Part shown: positions 16,681-25,320 of the stretch, in pieces
Layout of the letters: every line of letters begins with the position of its first letter
Numbering within the stretch: position 1 is the first letter of the stretch
Source of the DNA: Candidatus Multivoradales bacterium
GTDB lineage: Bacteria; Acidobacteriota; Thermoanaerobaculia; Multivoradales; JAHEKO01
Assembly (NCBI GenBank): GCA_965223155.1
Contig: CBDCVR010000015.1
Span: 256,001 to 320,000 of the forward strand
Reading direction: 5' to 3'
DNA length: 64,000 bases
Position numbers and translations under genes: made by a program
The notes under the pieces: model-generated
Told to the model about the DNA's origin: nothing
The model's input: only the letters and a program-made list of their open reading frames with translations
Databases searched by the model: none

Positions 16681-19140
16681 CTAGCGCTTCCGGTCCGCGC
16701 CGGAAGCCCGTTCCTGAGCCGCCCGCGCGACTTCGGGACCGCCACCGTCCACCGTGCGGGCCGCGCGGGGAGCCGCTCCCAGCCGTTCCAGATGCACGCC
16801 TCGATAGTAGTGCCCCAGGATGTCGCGATAGCCATGACCCCGCACCGCCATGCCATAGGCTCCCACCTGGCACATGCCGACGCCGTGGCCCCAGCCGCGG
16901 CCGGTGAAGAGCCAACCGGGCTCTCCGTCCTCCGGCGCCAGTCGGCGCGCGGTAAACAGCGTGTCGGGAACGTCGAAGGTCCAGCGGACAGGCAACCCCT
17001 GGATCTCAACGGAGTCACCGTCGCGACCGACAACCCGCACTCGGCTCACCCGGCCGGAGACGCCCCGCTCCAGGATCTCGAGATCGGCGAACTCGAGGCC
17101 CGGATAGCGTTCGCCCACTCGCCGGGCAAGCTCGGCGTCCGAGCGGAAGCGCGTCCAGGAGCTCATGTTGCTGGTGCGATCGTAGGCAACGCCATCCGAG
17201 TCCACTTGGTGACGCAAGCCGATCACGCGGTCGGAGTACCGGTAGGCGGTGACCCGATCACCGGGCAGCAGGGCAAGCTGAGCCGACTCGACCCGCTCCC
17301 CCCACTGACGGAACGTCAGAACCTCATCGGCCAGAGGTAGCCGGATCACTTCCTGGTTGTGCCGGAGTGCGATCTCGCCGTCCCCCAGCTCCAGATAGCG
17401 GGCTTCGAACGGCTCCAGCACCCTCAAGAACACGGCCAGATGAAACAGAGCGTGGTCGAGAGCTTCCGAAGGAACCGGCTCGGCCAGAGACCCGTTCAAG
17501 ATGTTGGCACGGGCCAGGTACGCGGCCAGCCGCAGATCCTGGTCAGACCAGTGTTGCGGCGCATCGCCCACCAGATACGGCAGGTCGGCCGAAGCCACGA
17601 ACAGGGAAGCGTCCAAGTCCAGGCCCAGCTGTCGGCTCAAGAACTCTTGGACCGTGCGCCGGTCGAGATCCGCGAGCGGATCGTCGGTCACCACGTAACC
17701 GGCCATGCGCGTGAGCTTCTTGACCCGGCGGGCAAAATCGGCGGCTGCGCCGGCTTCTCGGTCCGCGGGCACCACCCGGCTCGCCAGGCCCGCCTCGATC
17801 GGCGTCCTGGCGGAGTCCAATCCGCCCAGCCGATCCACTCCGGCCTCCAGGCAGGGCACCCCCCGCAAGTATTGCTCGGACTTCAACGGAAACACGATCT
17901 CGACGTCCTCGGTATGGCCGCCGCAGGTCGAACTGTACAGGGCATCGGCGAAGCGGCCATCGTAGAGGAGTACCTCGCCACTGGTCTCGGTCACCGCCCG
18001 ATCGCTCAGCTCGTGCTCGGCATCGTAGCCGCCGTAGACCTGGCAGCGCGGCGTCGCGCAGATGTCGAACCCTTCGCCGGCGAACTCGCCTAGATTGCGC
18101 AGGGCATAGGTGCGGGCGGCCACGGCCTGCGCCTTCAAGGCATCCAGATCGTCGAAAACGTTGGGGCCCATCTCGCGCGGAACGACCCCCCGGAGATACT
18201 CGTCCGGGGAAACCTCGTTGATCAGATTGAGCGAGCCACGATCGTTGAGATAGATCAGGAGCTCGCCCCTGTACCGAGAGCCGCCGAAGGCAACGGTCTC
18301 GCCCGCGGCCGGCCGGATCCGGAGCCAGCGGCTGTGCACCAGCCAGGCGCGCTCGCCTTGCTGCACCTTGAGAGCTCCCTCTTCGAAGGGCTCCTGCTCG
18401 CTGGTCACCCAGAGGTCGTGGAAATTGTGCTGGCCGAACAGACGGCGAGCTCCCTCGGCGTCCTCCCGGCTCGAGTAGCGGCCGGCCCGGACCCGATAGA
18501 GGCCGGTGCGGGCGTCGAAGACGACCCCCGTCGGAACGCCGAGCCTCCCGGCCACCCGAGTCGCCAACTCGTCGGCTTGCTGCGGGTCTCGCAAGGCCGC
18601 GATCTGGAGCATGAAGACGCTGCTTCCGGTGCGCTCGACTCCGGGCGTGACCACGATCGGCCGCACCGAGACCAGCTCGCGCGAGCCCACCATCGCCACC
18701 AGATCGCCCTGACAGCAGGGCAGCACGATCGAGTCCTGATCGGTGCTGAGTCCCACCCTCACGGTCTCAGGGATCCGAGGAGTCGGCCGCACCTCGGGGC
18801 TGGGCCCGGCGAGGCCCTCGAGGCCGGCGGCTGGAGCTTCGACTGCTGGGTTCCCCGGATCGGATGGGGCCTCGGCGGGAGCCGCAGCCGCGGCGCCGTC
18901 TCGGGTGGGCGCGACCGGGGCTGGGGTCTCGCTCTGAGCGGCTTCTCCAGGAGAGCCGGCAGAAGATCCGGCCTGGTTTACCGGATCGGAGGCTGCGGTC
19001 TGGCCGGAGCTCATCGCGGCCTCGGCCCGCACCGGGCTCGCTTCCGGACCGGCCGCATCGGCACCGGGGGGCCCTGCGCTCGCGCAGGCCACCAAGACCG
19101 CTGGCAGCAGACTCAGGACCGGCCTCAGGACTCGAGCCAT
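16681..19140 (-). CDS. SpoIID/LytB-family lytic transglycosylase lipoprotein with SPOR domain
   Basis: Lipobox LVAC. SPOR-like LQIAAL...YRVRAGRY. SpoIID motifs YRGEL, EYLRGVVPREM, ALKAQAVAARTYA, ICATPRCQVY and GRGWGHGVGMCQVGA. Confidence 0.9.
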   Translation of the reverse strand: MARVLRPVLSLLPAVLVACASAGPPGADAAGPEASPVRAEAAMSSGQTAASDPVNQAGSSAGSPGEAAQSETPAPVAPTRDGAAAAAPAEAPSDPGNPAVEAPAAGLEGLAGPSPEVRPTPRIPETVRVGLSTDQDSIVLPCCQGDLVAMVGSRELVSVRPIVVTPGVERTGSSVFMLQIAALRDPQQADELATRVAGRLGVPTGVVFDARTGLYRVRAGRYSSREDAEGARRLFGQHNFHDLWVTSEQEPFEEGALKVQQGERAWLVHSRWLRIRPAAGETVAFGGSRYRGELLIYLNDRGSLNLINEVSPDEYLRGVVPREMGPNVFDDLDALKAQAVAARTYALRNLGEFAGEGFDICATPRCQVYGGYDAEHELSDRAVTETSGEVLLYDGRFADALYSSTCGGHTEDVEIVFPLKSEQYLRGVPCLEAGVDRLGGLDSARTPIEAGLASRVVPADREAGAAADFARRVKKLTRMAGYVVTDDPLADLDRRTVQEFLSRQLGLDLDASLFVASADLPYLVGDAPQHWSDQDLRLAAYLARANILNGSLAEPVPSEALDHALFHLAVFLRVLEPFEARYLELGDGEIALRHNQEVIRLPLADEVLTFRQWGERVESAQLALLPGDRVTAYRYSDRVIGLRHQVDSDGVAYDRTSNMSSWTRFRSDAELARRVGERYPGLEFADLEILERGVSGRVSRVRVVGRDGDSVEIQGLPVRWTFDVPDTLFTARRLAPEDGEPGWLFTGRGWGHGVGMCQVGAYGMAVRGHGYRDILGHYYRGVHLERLGAAPRAARTVDGGGPEVARAAQERASGADRKR

Positions 19141-20093
19141 CCAGTCTCCACCGCCGGCTCCACGAGTTCTTGGGAAGCGGGGCTCTCGCCGCGAACGATC
19201 GCGATCAAGGTCCCGGCCAAGCCGAGGCCGATGGCTCCCGACAGGAACCACTGCACGAGCGTCAATCCGGAATTGACGGTCAGCACCTGCCACAGATCCC
19301 GAGCGACGGAGTTGATGGCCATGTTGAAAGGCAACATGGCCATCCCCAGGGCCATCGAGGCCACGAAAAAGAGCAGCATGATGAGAAGCAGACCCGGCAA
19401 CCGGCGTAGCGCAATCCCGAGCGCCGCCTGGCAGCTTCCGAGGACCCCCAAGTCCGAGGTCACCAGGCGAGCCAGCGCCACGTTAAGGACGATGGCCAGG
19501 CCCAGCATGGCCCCGAAGCACGTGACCACGCCAACGCAACCGAGCAAGCCGAACAGCACCGGATACGAGTCTCCGAGTACGACCAGGGTTAGGGCAACCA
19601 AGGCGAAGAGCCCACAGAGAAGGACCGTCCCGATCGCCAGCCAGAGGTTGACCATCCAGAAGATGGGCCAGCACCAGCGCCCGCAGTCCGAGCGAAATCG
19701 CTCCCAGCTATAGCTCGCCACGACGGGTCCATCCCCGGTGTCCGCCGCGGCCAGGGTGCCCAGAAGTCCACCGTGAAACCAGCAATAGACGATCATCGCC
19801 ATGGTCCAGACCACGAGAGCGATCAAACCGGCCAGAAGCAAAGGGCCCCAGGCAGACGTTAGCCGCTCCAAGAGCTGACTGGAGGCGCCCGGCTCCCAAC
19901 GACCCTGCCAGCCACCCCAGAGCTCACGCACGAAGCCCCATCCGACCGCGAAGATCAACGGCACGAGGCCGGCAAGAAACAGCACCGAGACCGCCAAGGT
20001 CTGGGTCACTTGCAAGGGCACAACCTGCCAGTTGCGCCAGACGTTGGCGACGCCCCTTTGGAGCGCGTCGATCGCTGCTATCCGTCCGGACAT
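19125..20093 (-). CDS. Hypothetical polytopic membrane protein
   Basis: About 6 hydrophobic helices. Overlaps the start of the SpoIID gene. Confidence 0.75.
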   Translation of the reverse strand: MSGRIAAIDALQRGVANVWRNWQVVPLQVTQTLAVSVLFLAGLVPLIFAVGWGFVRELWGGWQGRWEPGASSQLLERLTSAWGPLLLAGLIALVVWTMAMIVYCWFHGGLLGTLAAADTGDGPVVASYSWERFRSDCGRWCWPIFWMVNLWLAIGTVLLCGLFALVALTLVVLGDSYPVLFGLLGCVGVVTCFGAMLGLAIVLNVALARLVTSDLGVLGSCQAALGIALRRLPGLLLIMLLFFVASMALGMAMLPFNMAINSVARDLWQVLTVNSGLTLVQWFLSGAIGLGLAGTLIAIVRGESPASQELVEPAVETGWLES

Positions 20094-20115
20094 TCCCGCC
20101 TCGGCCCTGCCCGCC

Positions 20116-20931
20116 CTAGAACGAGAACGAGGCGCTCTTGACCCGGCGCCGGAAGTCGGGCGCTTGCATCCGAATCGGCTTGGCCATCTGGTACAGCCGG
20201 CTGATCAGCCGGGCCGGAATGCGCCAGTCGATCGGATCCGCGCCCCCGTTTCGATCCAGGTCCGCGTCCGATCCGAGAGAGTAGTTGGTGGTGAAGATCG
20301 TCGGCAGCCGGCGGTTGTAGCGGCCGTTGATGACGAGGTACAGAATCTCGCTGACCCAGGCCGAGGGCTTCTGGGCGCCCAACTCGTCCAGCACCAGGAG
20401 CTCGGCCTCGCTCACCCGCCTCAGGATGGCGTGCTTCGAGTCCACGGTACCCGGCTCGAACGTGGCTTGTATCCGGTGGATCAGCGAGGTGAAGTCCTCG
20501 AAGCGGCCACGCACACCGTAGCGCTCGACGATCTCGCGCAACACCGCCACGGCGAGATGGGTCTTGCCCACGCCGGGCTCACCGTGAAAGAGGAGTCCGG
20601 CCTCCGAGAACCCGCCTTCGGAGGTGACGAAAGTCTCGACGTAGCGCCGGGACGCGGAGGCCGCTTCCAGAAGCCCCGAGCTCTCGCTCGTTCCCGCCCA
20701 GGAGACTTTGAAGTTGTCGAGCGTGCAGTTCTTGTAGCGATCGGGAATGGCCGATTGCTCGAGTAGCCGGGGAACGCGATCCACGCCCCGACAGGGGCAA
20801 GGCCGCGCCGTGCCGGCGCCGCCGTCATCAGCCACGACCCAGCCTCGGTCCCGACATTCGGGGCACTGCGGCGAGAGCTCATCGACGGACGAACGCCGGC
20901 CCTCGACGCGTGCCAGAGTCTCCGCCAGCAT
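20116..20931 (-). CDS. DnaC/DnaI/IstB-family AAA+ ATPase (probable helicase loader)
   Basis: CPEC..G...CPC Zn motif, IPDRY..CTLDNF, GEPGVGKTHLA, LLVLDELG, IN.RYN..LPTIFTTN and RLISRL..M. Confidence 0.88.
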   Translation of the reverse strand: MLAETLARVEGRRSSVDELSPQCPECRDRGWVVADDGGAGTARPCPCRGVDRVPRLLEQSAIPDRYKNCTLDNFKVSWAGTSESSGLLEAASASRRYVETFVTSEGGFSEAGLLFHGEPGVGKTHLAVAVLREIVERYGVRGRFEDFTSLIHRIQATFEPGTVDSKHAILRRVSEAELLVLDELGAQKPSAWVSEILYLVINGRYNRRLPTIFTTNYSLGSDADLDRNGGADPIDWRIPARLISRLYQMAKPIRMQAPDFRRRVKSASFSF

Positions 20932-21086
20932 GCCGGCATGCTAGCACGCGCTCTAGCACCCCGAATGGGCCTCAGCCGGCCTCAGCCGCCTCGGAGGCGC
21001 GGCGTTTCTGCGGCTCCAAACCTGAAGCCGAGCCGGCCGCGCGGCACGGTCCCGGGCTCCCGATGCCTCGGTTCTTCAGCGATCCG

Positions 21087-21458
21087 CTAGACCTTCGAGG
21101 GCAGGCCGCTGCCGAACTTCTCGAGAGCGTACTTGCGGTCGACGCCGACGCGGCGATCGGCCAACTCGCGCTTCAACTCTTCGAGGATGTCATCCATCTC
21201 GGAGCGCATGGACTCCATCTGCTCGCGCATGTTCAGGATCACCTCGACTCCGGCCAGGTTGACACCCAGATCCCGGGTCAAGGTCAAGATCGTGCGCAGG
21301 CGTTCGATGGTCTCGCGATCGTAGAGGCGGGTATTGCCGGCGCTTCTCCGCGGGCTGATCAGCCCTTCGCGCTCGTAGAGCCGGAGCGTTTGGGGATGGA
21401 TCTCGAACTGCTCGGCCACGGCCGAGATCATGAGGTACCGCTTGCGCCGGTCAGCCAT
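21087..21458 (-). CDS. hspR: HspR-like MerR-family heat-shock repressor
   Basis: ISAVAE...IHPQTLRLYEREGLI.P.RS.GNTRLY...LGVNLAGV. Lies in the dnaK operon. Confidence 0.92.
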   Translation of the reverse strand: MADRRKRYLMISAVAEQFEIHPQTLRLYEREGLISPRRSAGNTRLYDRETIERLRTILTLTRDLGVNLAGVEVILNMREQMESMRSEMDDILEELKRELADRRVGVDRKYALEKFGSGLPSKV

Positions 21459-21948
21459 CGCCGTCTCGCACCGCAATCGCCACCGGCCGAGGGCCGGCAC
21501 CGCGACCCTTCTTCGGAATCACGACGGTCAGGATCCCGCTCGCCAAGCGCGCGGCGATCCCATCCGCGTCGACCCCACCTCCCGGTCCGCCGCCCCGGTC
21601 GCCACCCAGCTCGAAGACCCTCCGAAAGCGTCCGTACCGCCTCTCGAGACGATAGTAGCTCGCGACGTCGGCCGGCGGCCGGCGCACGCCCACAAGCTCG
21701 AGCCGGTCGCCGTCGAGCTTGAGCTCGATGTCGCCGCGGTCCACGCCCGGCAGCTCGACGCTGACGACGAACGACTCGGCGGTCTCGAGCACATCGACCC
21801 GGGGCTCCCAGAAGCCCGGCAAGGTCGGGTCCCAGGACGCATCGGGCGACCGAGACGACTCGCCCGCGCGAGGATGCCCCTCCGCGAGCGAATCGTCGGC
21901 GGGAAGACCGCCCGCGCCACCCCGGCCCTTTGGCTCTCGGCTGGCCAC
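21451..21948 (-). CDS. Small heat-shock protein (Hsp20)
   Basis: WEPRVDVLET...VELPGV...ERRYGRFRR.F...A.L..GILTVVIPK. Confidence 0.9.
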   Translation of the reverse strand: MASREPKGRGGAGGLPADDSLAEGHPRAGESSRSPDASWDPTLPGFWEPRVDVLETAESFVVSVELPGVDRGDIELKLDGDRLELVGVRRPPADVASYYRLERRYGRFRRVFELGGDRGGGPGGGVDADGIAARLASGILTVVIPKKGRGAGPRPVAIAVRDGDG

Positions 21949-21958
21949 GACTACGGTC

Positions 21959-23869
21959 TTAGCTCGCCTTGTCTTCGACATCGACGTACTCGGCGTCGAT
22001 GACCTCTTCGGCCTCGTCTCCCGGACTCGAACCGCCCTCGTCGGCGGACTCCCCACCGTCGGCGGCGCCCGCGTTCTGGTTGTACATGGCCTCGGCCACT
22101 TTATGAGACGCCGAGGTGAGCGAGGCCGAGGCGGCCTCCATCTGACTCAGGTCGTCCGCCTCGAGGGCCTTGCGCGCCTCCTCGAGAGCGCTCTCTAGAG
22201 CTCCCTTGTCGTCGGCGCTCATCGCCTCCCGGTGCTCGTCGTAGGTCTTCTGCGTCGTGTAGATCAACTGGTCCAGCTGGTTTCTGGCATCGACCTTCTT
22301 ACGCCGCTCCTTGTCTTCCTCGGCGTGCGACTCGGCGTCCTTGACCATTTGGGAGATCTCGTCCTCCTTGAGGCCGGACGAGCCCGTGATCGTGATGCTC
22401 TGCTCCTTGTTGGTTCCCAGGTCCTTGGCGGAGACGTTCAGAATGCCATTGGCGTCGATGTCGAACGTCACCTCGACCTGGGGCACGCCGCGGGGTGCAG
22501 GCGGAATGCCGACGAGATGGAACCGGCCCAGCGTGCGGCTGTCCTTCGCCATCTCGCGCTCCCCCTGAAGAACGTTGATCTCGACCGAGGTCTGGTTGTC
22601 GGCCGCGGTCGAGAAGACCTCGCTCTTCTTGCTGGGAATGGTCGTGTTGCGGTCGATCAGCTTGGTGAAGACACCACCCAGGGTCTCGATGCCCAGCGAC
22701 AAGGGCGTGACGTCGAGCAGCAGCACGTCTTTGACGTCGCCCCGCAGGACGCCGCCCTGGACCGCGGCGCCGATGGCCACGACCTCGTCTGGATTGACGC
22801 CCCGATGGGGTTCCTTGCCAAAGAAGTCCGCGACCAGCTTCTGGATCGCCGGCATCCGCGTCTGACCGCCGACCAGCACGACCTCGTCGATCGCGGAGGC
22901 ATCGACTCCGGCGTCCTTGAGCGCCGTGCGGCAGGGCTCGATGGAGCGCTGGATGACGTCCTCGACCATCTGCTCGAGCTTCGCGCGGCTGAGCTTCAGG
23001 TTGAGGTGCTTGGGACCGCTCGAGTCGGCGGTGATGAAGGGCAGGTTGATCTCGGTCTCGGATGCGCTCGACAGCTCGATCTTGGCCTTCTCTGCGGCCT
23101 CGCGCAGGCGCTGGACGGCCATCGGATCGTTCGACAGATCGATGCCCTGGTCGCGCTTGAACTCGTCCAGCAGCCAGTCGATCACCCGCTGGTCCAGGTT
23201 GTCGCCACCCAGGTGGGTGTCGCCGTTGGTGGCCTTGACCTCGACCACGCCGTCGCCGACCTCCAGAATCGAGATGTCGAAGGTTCCGCCGCCGAAGTCG
23301 TAGACCGCGATCAGTTCCTCGGTCTTGCGGTCCAGACCATAAGCCAGCGCCGCGGCGGTGGGCTCGTTGACCAACCGCTCCACGGTCAAGCCGGCGATCT
23401 TGCCGGCGTCTTTCGTGGCTTGACGCTGGGCGTCGTTGAAGTAGGCGGGAACCGTGATGACCGCGCGCTCGACCTTTTCGCCCAGATAGTCCTCGGCCGC
23501 CTGACGCAGCTTCTGGAGGATCATCGCCGAGATCTCTTCCGGCGAGTACTTCTTGTCGTCGATCGAGACCCGCACGCCGCCCTCGCTCGCGCCGGAAACG
23601 TCATAGGGGACCATCTTCAGCTCTTCATCGACCTCGCCGAAGCGCCGGCCCATGAACCGCTTGATCGAATAGATGGTCTTCTTGGGGTTGGTCACGGCCT
23701 GGCGCTTCGCCACCTGTCCGACCAGCCGCTCGCCGCCGTCGGTGAAGGCGACCACCGAGGGGGTGGTTCGATTTCCTTCCGAGTTGGGAATGACCTTGGC
23801 CTCGGTCCCCTCCATGACCGCGACGACGGAGTTCGTCGTACCCAGGTCGATACCGATGATTTTGCTCAA
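21959..23869 (-). CDS. dnaK: Chaperone DnaK (Hsp70)
   Basis: [33 protein letters not shown] and [14 protein letters not shown] start with GGAGG SD. Confidence 0.99.
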   Translation of the reverse strand: MSKIIGIDLGTTNSVVAVMEGTEAKVIPNSEGNRTTPSVVAFTDGGERLVGQVAKRQAVTNPKKTIYSIKRFMGRRFGEVDEELKMVPYDVSGASEGGVRVSIDDKKYSPEEISAMILQKLRQAAEDYLGEKVERAVITVPAYFNDAQRQATKDAGKIAGLTVERLVNEPTAAALAYGLDRKTEELIAVYDFGGGTFDISILEVGDGVVEVKATNGDTHLGGDNLDQRVIDWLLDEFKRDQGIDLSNDPMAVQRLREAAEKAKIELSSASETEINLPFITADSSGPKHLNLKLSRAKLEQMVEDVIQRSIEPCRTALKDAGVDASAIDEVVLVGGQTRMPAIQKLVADFFGKEPHRGVNPDEVVAIGAAVQGGVLRGDVKDVLLLDVTPLSLGIETLGGVFTKLIDRNTTIPSKKSEVFSTAADNQTSVEINVLQGEREMAKDSRTLGRFHLVGIPPAPRGVPQVEVTFDIDANGILNVSAKDLGTNKEQSITITGSSGLKEDEISQMVKDAESHAEEDKERRKKVDARNQLDQLIYTTQKTYDEHREAMSADDKGALESALEEARKALEADDLSQMEAASASLTSASHKVAEAMYNQNAGAADGGESADEGGSSPGDEAEEVIDAEYVDVEDKAS

Positions 23870-23896
23870 TGCTGCCTCCTGAATGGGGTCAAATTA

Positions 23897-23955
23897 TCTT
23901 AGTGCGACACAGTCAAGGTCGCATCCATTCAAATCTAACAGAATGTCGCTTAGAT
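23897..23955. promoter_or_regulatory. Putative HspR operator (HAIR-like) sites in the AT-rich dnaK upstream region
   Basis: TCTTAGT-N7-AGTCAAG (23897-23917) resembles the HAIR consensus CTTGAGT-N7-ACTCAAG. Second inverted repeat ATCTAA-N11-TTAGAT (23933-23955). hspR is in the same operon. Confidence 0.6.
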
Positions 23956-23977
23956 CTTATTCCCGCCCGAACCGAAC

Positions 23978-25318
23978 TCAGTCCAGGAGGACCAGAGGCG
24001 GTTCGCTACGCAGGTCCTCGACCAGGAACTCGGGATCCAACAGGAAGTTCTCGCCGATCGAATAGGACCAGACCGAGTCGGCCAGATCGGCGCCCTCGTC
24101 CTCGATCTGCACCAGGTAGCTGGCCGGTCCCGAGGTGAGCGCAAACGGGCGGCCGTGAGCATCCCGGGTGGCGCTCTGCGGCAGGAGCCGGTCCGCGACC
24201 AGGAGCGAGAGGTCCTCCGGATAACGACCGTCGAGCAGGAAGAACAAAGTCGAAGCATCCTCGATCCGGCGTACCGAGCTCAGGGTCCGCTCGGCGTCGA
24301 AGACGGTTCGGAGACCTCCATGCCAGGGAAACGGGAAGAGCAGCCGGCCCGGGATTGCCACCAGAACCCAGAGCATCGCCGCCAACAGCCCGACGCCCAT
24401 GGCCCGGGGCGGCCAGGGCGAGACCTCGGTCTTGCGGCGCTTCTTGGGTCGCCTGACGTCGCCATGCGCCTCGGCGACAGGAGCCTCCAGCTCGTCGTCG
24501 GCGAACCCCGGCATGATCGCATCCAAGCCCAGACCGGCGACCACCTCTCCGGGCGAGGTCCCGGGCTCGGCCAGAGGCGGCACCGGCTCGGCGGCCTCCG
24601 ACAGCGCCTCAATCAAGCCGCTTCTGAGCCAGGGCGCCGCCAGCGCTTGGGCGGTGAAGACTGTCAGACCCAGTCGCTCGGCGATCTCGGCCAAGCTGTC
24701 CGCGCCGTCCAGAGCTCGGTACAACTCCTCGGCCTCCGGACGCTCGCTGTCGCGCACTTCCCCGGGGACCGCGCTGGCGAGATCACCGGCGATCAGCGCT
24801 CGATAGCGCGTATCCCCCCAGGGCACGGATTCGCCAAAGGGGCCGGCCGCGCCCAGATCGATCGACGCCCGGACCAGGAGCTCGTCGACGTCCAGCGGCC
24901 GGATACCTTTCTCGTAGGCGACGTCTTCACCCTGGTAGAAGCGATACTCGCCCTTCTTCCAGGTCAGCGCCTGCCGGCAGAGCCCGTACGTATGCGTGCG
25001 CAGGGCGTCCAGAAGCTGCTCGCGCGTCATGAACGAGCGCTCCAGCAGGAGATCGGAGACCCGCCCTCCCCCGGCCTGATACTCCGCCACGAGGCCCGCG
25101 AAGTCGTCGCTGCCGAGCATGCCCGCGTCCACCAGCACCTCGCCCAACCCATCCTCCAGAGACTGGTTGAGCGCGTCGGCCGAGACCACGCCGCCCTCCA
25201 GGAAGGAAAAGGCGATGATCTCCTCCTCCCCCTGGACGGTCAGGATGCCGGTCCTGCGCTCGGACCTGAGCGCGCGCAAGGCATCCACGAGTGCCGCGTT
25301 TTCCAGGACGCCTTCCAT
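23978..25318 (-). CDS. DUF4388 (PatA-N-like) membrane protein with pseudopilin-like C-terminus
   Basis: MEG.L...L...RRTGILTV...F..G.VV.A and L.W..GEY.F. One TM helix, then GRYPEDL..L...RDAHGRPF. Confidence 0.8.
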   Translation of the reverse strand: MEGVLENAALVDALRALRSERRTGILTVQGEEEIIAFSFLEGGVVSADALNQSLEDGLGEVLVDAGMLGSDDFAGLVAEYQAGGGRVSDLLLERSFMTREQLLDALRTHTYGLCRQALTWKKGEYRFYQGEDVAYEKGIRPLDVDELLVRASIDLGAAGPFGESVPWGDTRYRALIAGDLASAVPGEVRDSERPEAEELYRALDGADSLAEIAERLGLTVFTAQALAAPWLRSGLIEALSEAAEPVPPLAEPGTSPGEVVAGLGLDAIMPGFADDELEAPVAEAHGDVRRPKKRRKTEVSPWPPRAMGVGLLAAMLWVLVAIPGRLLFPFPWHGGLRTVFDAERTLSSVRRIEDASTLFFLLDGRYPEDLSLLVADRLLPQSATRDAHGRPFALTSGPASYLVQIEDEGADLADSVWSYSIGENFLLDPEFLVEDLRSEPPLVLLD

Positions 25319-25320
25319 GG

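Noticed and set aside
20116-20931. IstB-like ATPase as part of an IS21 element or prophage
   Set aside because: There is no istA, terminal repeats, phage initiator or other phage genes. It has an N-terminal Zn motif and sits in a housekeeping context.
22232-23902. 556-aa ORF antisense to dnaK
   Set aside because: This is the well-known Hsp70 antisense frame, often misannotated as NAD-specific glutamate dehydrogenase. It is a codon-bias artefact.
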